A DNA stretch of 63,718 nt, counting the filler, from Craspedostauros australis (taxonomy: Eukaryota): assembly GCA_030167865.1 (NCBI GenBank). It is 16 parts of 16 records of this genome, joined end to end, with 100 filler letters (N's around TTAATTAATTAA, not from the genome) between each part and the next. Parts side by side here need not be neighbours in the genome. Positions count along the whole stretch, not along the records: positions 22,370 to 24,205 come from JALAGF010003052.1; positions 24,306 to 25,383 come from JALAGF010003053.1; positions 25,484 to 27,178 come from JALAGF010003054.1; positions 27,279 to 30,668 come from JALAGF010003055.1; positions 30,769 to 33,760 come from JALAGF010003056.1; positions 33,861 to 58,191 come from JALAGF010003057.1; 10 more parts are not named here. One strand, given 5' to 3'. Both the position numbers and the translations under genes were made by a program. Under the pieces are notes generated by a model. That model did not search any database, was not told where the DNA came from, and worked only from the letters and a program-made list of their open reading frames with translations. Shown here one piece after another: positions 24,184 to 34,115 of this stretch; positions within the stretch are counted from its first letter, which is position 1; each line of letters opens with the position of its first letter.

Positions 24184-24205
24184 TGTTGGAGTTTCTGTTT
24201 CGGAA
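24184..24205 (+). mobile_element. First 22 bp of a probable Copia LTR (TGTTGGAGTTTC...) at the contig end
   Basis: TGTTGGA is the inverted complement of the TCCAACA LTR end at 24913. The contig terminates here, as expected at a repeat. Confidence 0.5.
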
Positions 24206-24305
24206 NNNNNNNNNNNNNNNNNNNNNNNNNNNNNNNNNNNNNNNNNNNNTTAATTAATTAANNNNNNNNNNNNNNNNNNNNNNNNNNNNNNNNNNNNNNN
24301 NNNNN

Positions 24306-24831
24306 CTTCCATCTCGGTCAGGAACATGTCTGGGTGCTCGCCTTTCTTCAACCGCATCCCGTTGAGTTGAGCCAACAACTTTGCCTTGACAGGCGCAGTA
24401 CGTTGCTCATAGATGCGTTCAAGGGCCTTCCACGCCTTGCGTGGGTCTCCACTATCAGTGGGCCCGCCCTTGGTTCCCACCACAGCCATGAAGGCGACAT
24501 TGCCTTCCGTAGTTTCATGGTTGATCGCCATGGCCAGTTCTTCAAACGCGCACTTAGCCAGCCCATTCTTGTATANNNNNNNNNNNNNNNNNNNNNNNNN
24601 NNNNNNNNNNNNNNNNNNNNNNNNNNNNNNNNNNNNNNNNNNNNNNNNNNNGAGGGCGCTGGGGCCGAAGGGAGCTGGCTTCACCTCCACCTTGTCTAGA
24701 TCCATGAGATACAGGTCCTCAAGGCCCCTGCCCGCAGCGCGAGATAGGAACTTGATGCTCCAACCTGTCCAGCTGGAACGCTTGCCGTCGAAGATGACGA
24801 CGCAGTCGTTCTTGCGGAGATAGGAGCTCAT
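24306..24831 (-). mobile_element. gag: Ty1/Copia gag N-terminus, partial, with internal N gap
   Basis: VIFDGKRSSWTGWSIKF, GDPRKAWKALERIYE and LKKGEHPDMFLTEME are typical of Copia gag (UBN2-like). Confidence 0.85.
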
Positions 24832-24912
24832 GGTGGTGTGGTGGTGGTGGTGTTTGTTGCTGTGTTGGTGGGTGATGGAAACGTTGGATTTCAATCGTAA
24901 CGTTTCGAAACG

Positions 24913-25383
24913 TGTTGGAAATCCGGGGTTATAGTAGTAGACCAATCTGTTATCAGTCTGTACCGTTTTAGAACTGTGAGTACAACATGCTCATCTCCTT
25001 TCAATTCCAATTCACAACAAGCATGATCCGCAGTAGCCACCCGAGGTTACACCCTTTAGCTTGGCTCCTTTCGTCTGCATCTTCATCTTGCTTTCACCGT
25101 GGTTCATCGTTTGCTTGGCTGAGGATTGGAGAGCACCTACATTCGTCAAGTTCATACTTGTAGACCTGCAGGTACCTCTCCTTCGGTCTCCTGTCACCTC
25201 ACTGGTCCCACTTCATTTCAGTTCCTCCCTCCGGTCATCGCGATGGTTGCCTTTGGATGCTTGGGACTTATTGTCATCTGGATCGTGGTCTTGGGTGAGT
25301 AGGGATCGCCTCTGTTTCGCTTTCTCACATTAGGTTCTCAGGGACGCGTCGACTTGTTCAGATATATTGGTTGTCGCGCTCAT
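24913..25383 (-). repeat. 3' part of the 5' LTR of the Copia element
   Basis: Non-coding segment ending ...GGATTTCCAACA about 80 bp upstream of the gag ATG. An alternative end (...ATAACA at 24948) cannot be excluded. Confidence 0.6.
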
Positions 25384-25483
25384 NNNNNNNNNNNNNNNNN
25401 NNNNNNNNNNNNNNNNNNNNNNNNNNNTTAATTAATTAANNNNNNNNNNNNNNNNNNNNNNNNNNNNNNNNNNNNNNNNNNNN

Positions 25484-27178
25484 CGCCACCTACGACGGCC
25501 GCAACATCAAAGGAGGCAACTCCAACCGCGGCGGCAACAACAGTAAGGAGGAGATGGCACTCGCAGCTATTGGGAGCTTCAAGGGCAACTGTCGCAACTG
25601 TGGCGCCTACGGCCATAAGAAGGCGGATTGTCGCTCCGCAGCCAAGAAGGGCAACGGCAAGAACAAGTCGAAGGGCCAAGGTAACGGCGGAGGCAAACCC
25701 AAATTCAACGGGGAATGCAACTACTGCGGCAAGAAGGGGCACAAGATTGTGCAGTGCTTCAAGCTCAGGGCCGCCATGAAGGAAGCGGACTCCGCCAACG
25801 TCGCTACCGACGGGATGGATGGAGCCGACGACGTCGCACTCACAGCATCAGATGATATGATGTGTGTGTTCATCAACGAAGACGCGAGCGAAGAAGAAAG
25901 TGTGATCAGCGAAAAACTCAACAAAATCACCAAATTCGCAAACCAAGACAGAAATGTGATCACACAGGACTGTGTGATGTCACATGATGATAGCTCGATG
26001 ATGGATGACATGGCATTCGTCACCATCGACGTCGACGGGACCGCCAGCTTCGAAGGCGGATCATCCAATACGGAGAGAGCATGGACTCCTGAAGATATGG
26101 CCAAGCACTCTCCACGAGAGTACGGTTACTACGGGCCCCTATCAACGACGAGGAGATGATCAAAGACGAGCTCTTTTCATCCGACGCAGAAGCCGAGGAT
26201 CCCGACGAAGTGGTCACAGAGTACCACGAGGGAACGACAGATGAGGAGGACGCAGACGTAACGGAGATGGCGATGACAGGAGTCGACAACGACAACATCG
26301 ACCGCGCCATCAACGAACCGGTCTATAGTCTCCCATCCCGTCCAAGCGCGCTCGACGACATGATCGAGCAATCATCGCGTCGCGACATGAACAACGGATG
26401 GTGTCTGTTGTGCCTCAAGCGCGGGCCTCTCTACGCATGGTGCATGGACTGCCCGAACATACCCTTCTTCATCCAGCTCGCCAACGAGCCAAGAGGTGCC
26501 GTGCCTAGAAACGAAGGCGAAAGGATGGTGCGCAGAGANNNNNNNNNNNNNNNNNNNNNNNNNTTATTCGTGACCGCCCGATGCTCGTTGAGCAACGTCC
26601 TTTCACCAAACGACGTCCGGTCCGAACTCTCCCTCATCTGCATCGACGCAGTACATAACATTGCAACCCTCAGACTGACGGGGGGTGGAGCCACGCCCCC
26701 TGTACTACTTGATGCACCAAATTGGAGTGCGAGGCGCACTCGACATCTGCGTGAATGCATACCGGATGAACGGAATGCTGGAGAGCGTTCGCCTTCAGCC
26801 AATTCAACAGGCGCTGATCGGAGCGATGAGCAGCACCGCATCGGAGCAGCTGATGTGGATGCATCATCCGAGCATCAATGGCGTCCGTGATTATCGCACC
26901 CACTGCGAGTTACCACTGTACAGCGATGCCAACGGCCACGAAATGGCAATGGTGATCGGCGACTTGGACGACGTCGATACGCGCAAGTCGACCATCGCAC
27001 CCGACTGCCACGAGGCCAACACCTGGTTGGGAGATTCCGGCGCCTCCTGTCACCTCACGAACAACGACGAGGGTATGATCAACGTGCGCACAGTGAATCA
27101 CTCCATCAAGGTAGGCAGCGGTCGATACCTCAAGGCAACCAAGGTGGGGGACAAGCGGATGAAGGTCATGCAGAAGAA
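25484..27178 (+). mobile_element. Ty1/Copia gag C-terminus (two CCHC knuckles), long spacer, aspartic protease; two frameshifts
   Basis: CRNCGAYGHKKADC, CNYCGKKGHKIVQC and the protease motif WLGDSGASCHLT. Frame changes near 26140 and in the G-run at 26680-26685. Confidence 0.92.
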
Positions 27179-27278
27179 NNNNNNNNNNNNNNNNNNNNNN
27201 NNNNNNNNNNNNNNNNNNNNNNTTAATTAATTAANNNNNNNNNNNNNNNNNNNNNNNNNNNNNNNNNNNNNNNNNNNN

Positions 27279-27991
27279 CACATGACGAAGACGCTGCATC
27301 ATACAATACATGCACAACAGCCGGAGCCATCCCGTCGCACAAGTCCAACATCTGCACGGCCATCATGGTTGAGACTGAAACGAACCCGTCAGACAGTGCA
27401 TCGATTCCATGTTCGTGGAGTGCTGCCCATGCAGCCTGCTGCATGCAACGCATGTCCTTGACCGCGACATTCGGCGATGTGCTTGGCAGTCTTCCGGATG
27501 GGTCGGAGCTCTCTTGGAGCATCCCGCAGCGAGACGATGTGATTACGCTTCCTGCCGTCAATGCATCTGGAGGTGGAGGGAAGGTTGCTGATGGTGACGA
27601 TGACGATGGCAATGACGATGATCGTACAAAGAGTGCCGATGACCGACGGCTATCCTCAACCGCAGAAGAAGTTGCGGAGCAGATGAGAAGTACCAAAGCG
27701 AAAGCGTAAGAACAGACCGAGCCATCGCTCAACACGCCGCCTCCCTCCAGCAAGTCCACGACATCCTCATCGCTTTCCTCGGGTCTGTTCTCCGTCGTCA
27801 CCACTTTGTTGAGCCCTGTGACGTTGGCATACAACAGCATCGGAAATCGTTCCCGTCCAGGTTATGATGGCAATGATGATGACCATGCTGATGACGGTTA
27901 CTGCAATCCACCACCTGAATGGAGGCAGGAGGATGACCATGCAGTTCGAGTTCACATGGCATTTGCACTCGTTCAACGTCGATGTGCTTGA
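27279..27991 (+). CDS. Hypothetical protein 3' part, interrupted by TAA at 27707 (premature stop or GTAAG intron donor)
   Basis: ORFs 27365-27709 and 27806-27991 are in the same frame and separated by one TAA within GCGTAAG. Confidence 0.35.
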
Positions 27992-28449
27992 AAGTTGCTG
28001 CAGGCAACATCGTTGCCCTTACCATATCCACCCAGGCACCGTCCTCCGATGAAGATCTTTGGAAGGGAAGTGGCTCCGCTGTCGAGCTCCTGCGACAAGA
28101 GAACGCGCTTGACGGAATCCTCTCCTCCGAGCAGGAACCATTCGACGCCGAGCTCCATTTGAGTGAATTCGTATCCGGTGCTCTCCAGCAGGCTGATGGC
28201 CTCCGTAGAGAACGGAGAGACGGCGTAGGTGTAGATGAGCACCTTGTTGGCAGTGCGCTCAGCGAGGAGATCGGCGGCAACCTGGTCCTCGTCGACGCCG
28301 GCGGCTTGCAGCTTGGCCTCAACACCGAAGAGTGGCTTGGTGACGGTCATTGCGGTGGCCATCGTCTCGATGACTGGGTTCGGGGACGCCAACGACGTGA
28401 CGCTTGGGATGAGCGCCACGGCGAGGAGAGAAATGAGCGTCCGCTTCAT
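27973..28449 (-). CDS. Glutaredoxin-like protein with signal peptide and SPFS in place of CPFC; 3' end uncertain
   Basis: KVLIYTYAVSPFSTEA and TSLPKIFIGGRCLGGY are Grx-fold motifs. Hydrophobic leader MKRTLISLLAVALIPSVTS. GTAAGG donor at 28022 with no convincing second exon. Confidence 0.8.
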   Translation of the reverse strand: MKRTLISLLAVALIPSVTSLASPNPVIETMATAMTVTKPLFGVEAKLQAAGVDEDQVAADLLAERTANKVLIYTYAVSPFSTEAISLLESTGYEFTQMELGVEWFLLGGEDSVKRVLLSQELDSGATSLPKIFIGGRCLGGYGKGNDVACSNFQAHRR

Positions 28450-29077
28450 CTTGGAATATTGTCCGAGTGCTGGCAGGGTAGTCTTGGTTGATTGCTGTCC
28501 TTGTTGATTTAATGGAGGCGGAAGCGACAGGGCGCCGTTGTTGGTTCAGTTGCCATTTGCTGTTTGCAAATCACAAGGAGAGCACCCATCTCTCTCTCTC
28601 TCTCTCTCTCCATCATCCGCAACATCAGCGGAATAGTAACATCATTGTCGTTTTCTCGTCTCGTCTTTAGTGGACATGCACATACGCGAGGGTGCGCATG
28701 CGGGTGGTGATGAGTCTGTCAGTGTTGTGAGAGTGTGGTGCGTCCAACAATGATTTGACACCAATGATGGTTTCAGGTATGGCTGCGGGGTTGTGATGAT
28801 GTTTGTTGTGCCAACTGTTGTTGTTGTTGTTGTCAATGACGTCTGTCATCGTACGTGTGTGTGGCCAAAGATCTCTCCCTCCGCGTCCCTTCTTCCATCT
28901 TCGTCTCTGACAATGGCGGATCCAACCACCGCAACACAATACAAGCCGTTCACTCCACTACTATAATCGACATCTTACCTACGACCTGCTCCACACACAC
29001 TCCTACACGCACTTGTGCGAGAACAGCATCAATCCAAACAGCATATCGTACCTGCAAGGAGAGCAGATAGATAGATC

Positions 29078-30045
29078 ACGTCGGACGGACATCACAAAGT
29101 CGCCATCCTTGGCGCAACGGGCAATGTCGGAACCGAGCTCATCAGGATCCTTCGCAGTCACAAAGATGCAGGCAGGATAGCCAGCATCCGGATCGTCACC
29201 AATCGGCCCGATCACGAAGCTCTCGTTGCAGCTCAGAAGCCTGCAACAACACATGCAATGATACACTAACACCACACCCATCGATGGACATCACTGTCAT
29301 GAAGGGCAGCTACATCAACGATCGAGAGTCGGTCATGAAAGCGATGGAGGGATGCGATCGAGTCTTTGTGGCCCTGCCGCAATCTCTATCATCAGAGGGC
29401 ATGATGATAGCTGGGCGCTTCTTGGCCGACTGCGCCAAACAAACACCGAGTGTGCGTTGCATCATCCGCATCTCCAGCTACGGGATCGATGCGCATTCCT
29501 TCCACTGCGTCCAATCGCAAGGTCCTCTCGGCGACGCTCATGTTGCAGTCGAACAGTATTGTCGCGAGGAATGTCATCTGCACGTTGTCAGTGTCCGACC
29601 GACATCCTTCTTTTCCAATCTCCATTTCAACGTGGACGAGATACGAAGCAACGGAACCATGTCCACGCCATTACGATACGACGCCTGTGTCAACTGGGTT
29701 TCACCGATCGATATTGCCACCATCATTGCGAACTGTCTCACGTCGTCAACGCTGGTCGCACCCGCACTCGCATCTGGAAGTGACGGACAGCTCACAGTGA
29801 TCGATGTTCCGGGACCAAAGCACAATACGTTATCAGGACCTGAGACGGCGTCTCTGTTGACCCAACATCTTTCGAAGGACGGTGTTGCGAATGATGCCGG
29901 CACTGATGCAGCTGCTGCCAATGCAACGCCGATCGAATACGTCGAAGTGCCAGTCCCAGACAGTTCCGACTACGCTGGTCTTTGGTCTTTCTTGCGTGCT
30001 GGTGGGTTCGATGTCGATGTGGACGCATTTCAGCGACGGGGTTAA
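29078..30045 (+). pseudogene. NmrA-like atypical SDR, apparently disabled
   Basis: KVAILGATGNVG Rossmann motif lies in a frame starting at ACG (29078, one codon after an in-frame TAG) and stopping at 29267. The remainder (AMEGCDRVF, VRPTSFFSN, WVSPIDIA) is in the -1 frame. Confidence 0.75.
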
Positions 30046-30768
30046 ACTAGCGGCAAGGCACACAGTCAATTCCGCGCAGGCAGCGAAGTGCTCTTGTCTG
30101 ATTTCGTCGAGGATGCGTTCGGGATGACGAAGTCGAGCTTGATTTGACTCCGACGTGTGAAGCAAGCAATGGAGTATGTGGTAAGCATGTGGGAGGCAGG
30201 TAAGCGGGCGATCCGCTACTTGCATGATAGGACTGTGACGATGCGAACACGATGGAGACGGGTTTGAGGAAGATTTCATTCGCAGTCACATGCTTTCTGC
30301 CATTATCAGAAGCAGACACATGTCACCAGATGGCAGGAACAACACAGCACAACACAGCACAGCACAGCACAACGGAACACGACACGACATGACACTCCTC
30401 ATGGATCGTTGTGAGCCTCCAATCAAGTTTCGGGTTTTCATTGTACCACAGAGGTGCTCCAAAATCTCAACGTGGAGGTACGCTGATGTGAACTGAACAA
30501 ACCAAGCTTCTTCCATCACATCCATACGTCCTCATAACAAAGGAAAACAGTGACAACATCAACAACATCAACACCAACATACTGACATCGTCATCGCCAT
30601 TCCTTTGAATCCACACAGTCTCAACAGACGTCCCCGTTCCACACAAGCCAAGAACCAAAAGATCAACCNNNNNNNNNNNNNNNNNNNNNNNNNNNNNNNN
30701 NNNNNNNNNNNNTTAATTAATTAANNNNNNNNNNNNNNNNNNNNNNNNNNNNNNNNNNNNNNNNNNNN

Positions 30769-33370
30769 TGGTGGCAAGAGTTTTGTATGATCACCGCATC
30801 CTCTCCTTTTGCGACTTTCTTCAAAGCCACAGTGGGTGCGATGCCACATTTCATCAGCCACTCCTGTCTCTCCCGCTTCATGAAGCCACAAGCATGAATG
30901 TAGCACCCAGGGCAAATCCATCTCGTCCTGGCTGAACATACAATGCAAGTTCCTCTTCTGTTCGGGTTGTACCGTGATACGTGCTCTCCCTCTTGCAATT
31001 GTTTTGGCAGCTTCGTCTCCTCCTCCGAATGCAGGGAGGAGGACGAGCATACAAAGGGAATGAATTGCACAAACATTGTATTGGTTGACATGAGGACAAA
31101 GTCTGGCATGGTTGTAGTAATCGCGATTCGAAGGAAGGAGCAGGTAGGAATAGCAGTTCTGAGTGACGCAAACACACTCACCGATCACCAAAACACTCCC
31201 TTTCACACCATATATAAATGTGATGTGAAACCTGCAGCATCTCTTCATCTGCTTTGGTCAATGTACGATATGAAGGGCTGCGCGACTCCAAGAATATGTG
31301 GATGGTGCTTGGGATGCCATGGACCCAGTGTGCTTTTGTCTGATGCACCTCTTCCTCCCTTTGCGTTTTGGCTGTTGTCCTTGTTTTCATTTCCACGATA
31401 ACAGCTTCGTCTGTTGCATCGCCTATGGGGTCTCCAACAATACCGATGAAGTTGGCAGATGCGCGAGTGTAGCCTTTGCCGCCCTTCTTCACCAGGCCCG
31501 CCCTAAATGCTGCAATGAATTGGCTGCTTCCTCCAAGCATGCCCTGGCAGTCCATTGCCGCTTGCATCAGCAGCTCCTCATTCATGTGGCCGAGTCTGGC
31601 ATACCTGTTTGCCCAACCTTTCTGTGGTGTCATGAACCATGGCATCAGTGCTGTTTTGGCATTTTTCCGGCTCTTCAGGTTCTGGAAGTCTGCGGAGCAA
31701 TGGACCTCTGCCACGTCTAGATTTACGTCGTCTGCTGTCATGGTCATCAGCCTGGCCACCAGAGGATCACTTGCTGTGGCTGGTGTCGCTGACAGTGCAG
31801 TAGTTTGTGTAGATTGGTTCGTTTCGATGATGCTGGTGTGGGATTGATTGTTGGTGGAATACTCCTCCTCTGCTCCCACCTTGTCAGTCTGCGATGCTTG
31901 CTCATCGTCTTCCGATGCAACTGGATTCATAGATCTGAACTCTGCATTTGCGGAGTGCGATCGACGTGTCTGAGAGCCGCCATGCCAAGACGAGGCAGAG
32001 ATCCAAGACCTAAGATCAGGTTGATCAACTGGGTATTGAAATGGATGGGTTGGGGAACCACAACAATCTGTGGTGGTACAGCTGAGTTGATGAACCTCAT
32101 CAAGAAGCAATTCATATATGTACCGACGGGCATTCCCCACCAAAACTGGGAACTCTTCATTGTCAGGATCAAGAAGGAGCCAACGAGGATCCATGCTTGC
32201 CAGCCGTTCTGCCTCTGATTGGTTGTGCTCTTTGCATGGGGTGCTTGTGTTTGTTGTGGATGCAGCATCACCCGCAGTAGTTGCGCTGAAACTGTTGGTA
32301 GAGGCATTGGCGGTTGGCGTTGCCATGGATGGAAGAAAGGTTTCGCATGATCCACCCTTGGCAATGTACGAATCACCACTTCGATCAACAACATCATCAA
32401 TGTTGTCAGTGCTGATGGCGTTGGATTGCGACGCGTTATGAGTGTCCTCGTCGCTTTCAGCCATCAAGAGAACGAAGTACTCGATCACTGTCAAAGGTGT
32501 CGTCAACGCAGTTGGGGTCGAGGTGGTTGTCGTCGCTGTCGTCATCAGTCCAGTCAACACTCCGTTTCACGAGGGATAGAAGGGATGCTGAAGCACACAT
32601 GATGCAGCAGAGTGATACAGAGTGTAGAAGGCAGCAATGGTTCGTAGGTATGAAGACGACAGTTTGGAACAAGGATTGGAAGGGGTTCAGATGGAATGAA
32701 CATCGGAACGGATGCAGATGGAGAAAGATGAAATCCAACGGGTGTGTAGAAGACACTGACAGGCAATGTGAAAGGGAGATTGCGAGGCAAGCGATGAAGT
32801 TGTGGAGCGCAGTCTCGGTTTCGCTGGTTGGCAACAGTTGGATCAAGCCATGGCCCATCGCGGAGGCGAGTCTGGTGTGGTGACGGAGGATGACGCCCGG
32901 AAAGCCTGGCTGCAATTTGGTTGGGTGGTACGAGACAAAGTTCTGTTTCATGGAAGTGCGTAGAGTGGTGGAAGGTCCGGGCTGGAGGGTGGCATTGAGC
33001 GGTCTGATGGCGCAGGGCAGGCAACGGGGGATGAGCGTGTGGGTGACTACAGGACTGGACAGAATCGGATTGGACAGGAGGCCAGGAGTCCGGACGGCGA
33101 CACCCACGTTCGCACATGGGCTATGGGGGTGACTCACTGCGGGTCAGCTGGGGGTGCGTGCATCGTGGCCTGGTGATGGTGCTCCAGGATACAAGGGACA
33201 CCTCCAGCGCCCTGTGTGGGGCTACACAATCCCCCAAGTTGCGCAGTGTACAGGCACCTGGGTCTGTGACTGTGAAAACGCGGAAATGACAGGAGTGCAT
33301 ATATTCGTGACATACTTGACCTACCTGGTGCAGCCAGGCATGTGCGGGCGAGGCTAAAGCCCTCGGGCAC
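30769..33370 (-). mobile_element. Decayed DNA-transposon-like gene with a YqaJ/lambda-exonuclease-like PD-(D/E)xK domain and a piggyBac-type C-terminal Cys-rich domain
   Basis: ORF 31178-32560 has LGHMNE, GLV...RASANFI, VIVEMKTR and QVSHH. Downstream: RRGTCIVCSARTRWICPGCYIHAC...NSCH. Frameshifts and GTGAGT donor-like sites are present. Confidence 0.6.
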
Positions 33371-33860
33371 TCCCTATTATGTGTTTAATTGTTGTGGGTT
33401 ATTGTTATTGTTATTATTACGACCTGCGCCAAACCGTAAACTGTTCACGATAACACTAGTTGTGGAGTTTTACTCGTGATGAGTCGTGATAAAGTAGACT
33501 AAAATAGAGCACGCCCAAAACCATCCAAACAACTGCTTATGATGTTATATCTCGACACCATATCGTTTAAAATTTAAAATAGACAGTGCATTCGGACGCT
33601 TGGCTATCGCTTATTCTGAATATCGAAGTTAAATTTGTATGAACTTTATTTTTAATGTCGTTTTGGCTTGCTGTCAGTCAGGTGGTGGGTGCAAAAAATT
33701 CTCGATGGCATCATGCTGCCCTACCTTCACCACCCATGATCATCATTATCATCCCTGGCANNNNNNNNNNNNNNNNNNNNNNNNNNNNNNNNNNNNNNNN
33801 NNNNTTAATTAATTAANNNNNNNNNNNNNNNNNNNNNNNNNNNNNNNNNNNNNNNNNNNN

Positions 33861-34115
33861 CCTTGGCAAGCACAACGCGGCACGACATCATCTGCGCCGC
33901 AGACGCACGAACAGGCAACAGGGTGTAAAAGTCAAAAATGGAGCCGCGAATCTGGGTTTTGCATAAATCAGGATGATTGTGCAAACAACTGACAGGAAGA
34001 ATGCTCAAAGATGGCAAATTTTCAGTTTGGTTTTTGACTTTTGAACTGCTGATTATGGAAGAAACTGTTGTTGCCTTATCATGGGAAATGCAAAATTACC
34101 GTCTTTCCCCCCCCC
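33861..34115. mobile_element. Possible DNA-transposon terminal repeat ending in TTTCCCCCCCCC
   Basis: AT-richer non-coding segment at the contig start, ending in a C-run. No partner TIR visible. Confidence 0.2.
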
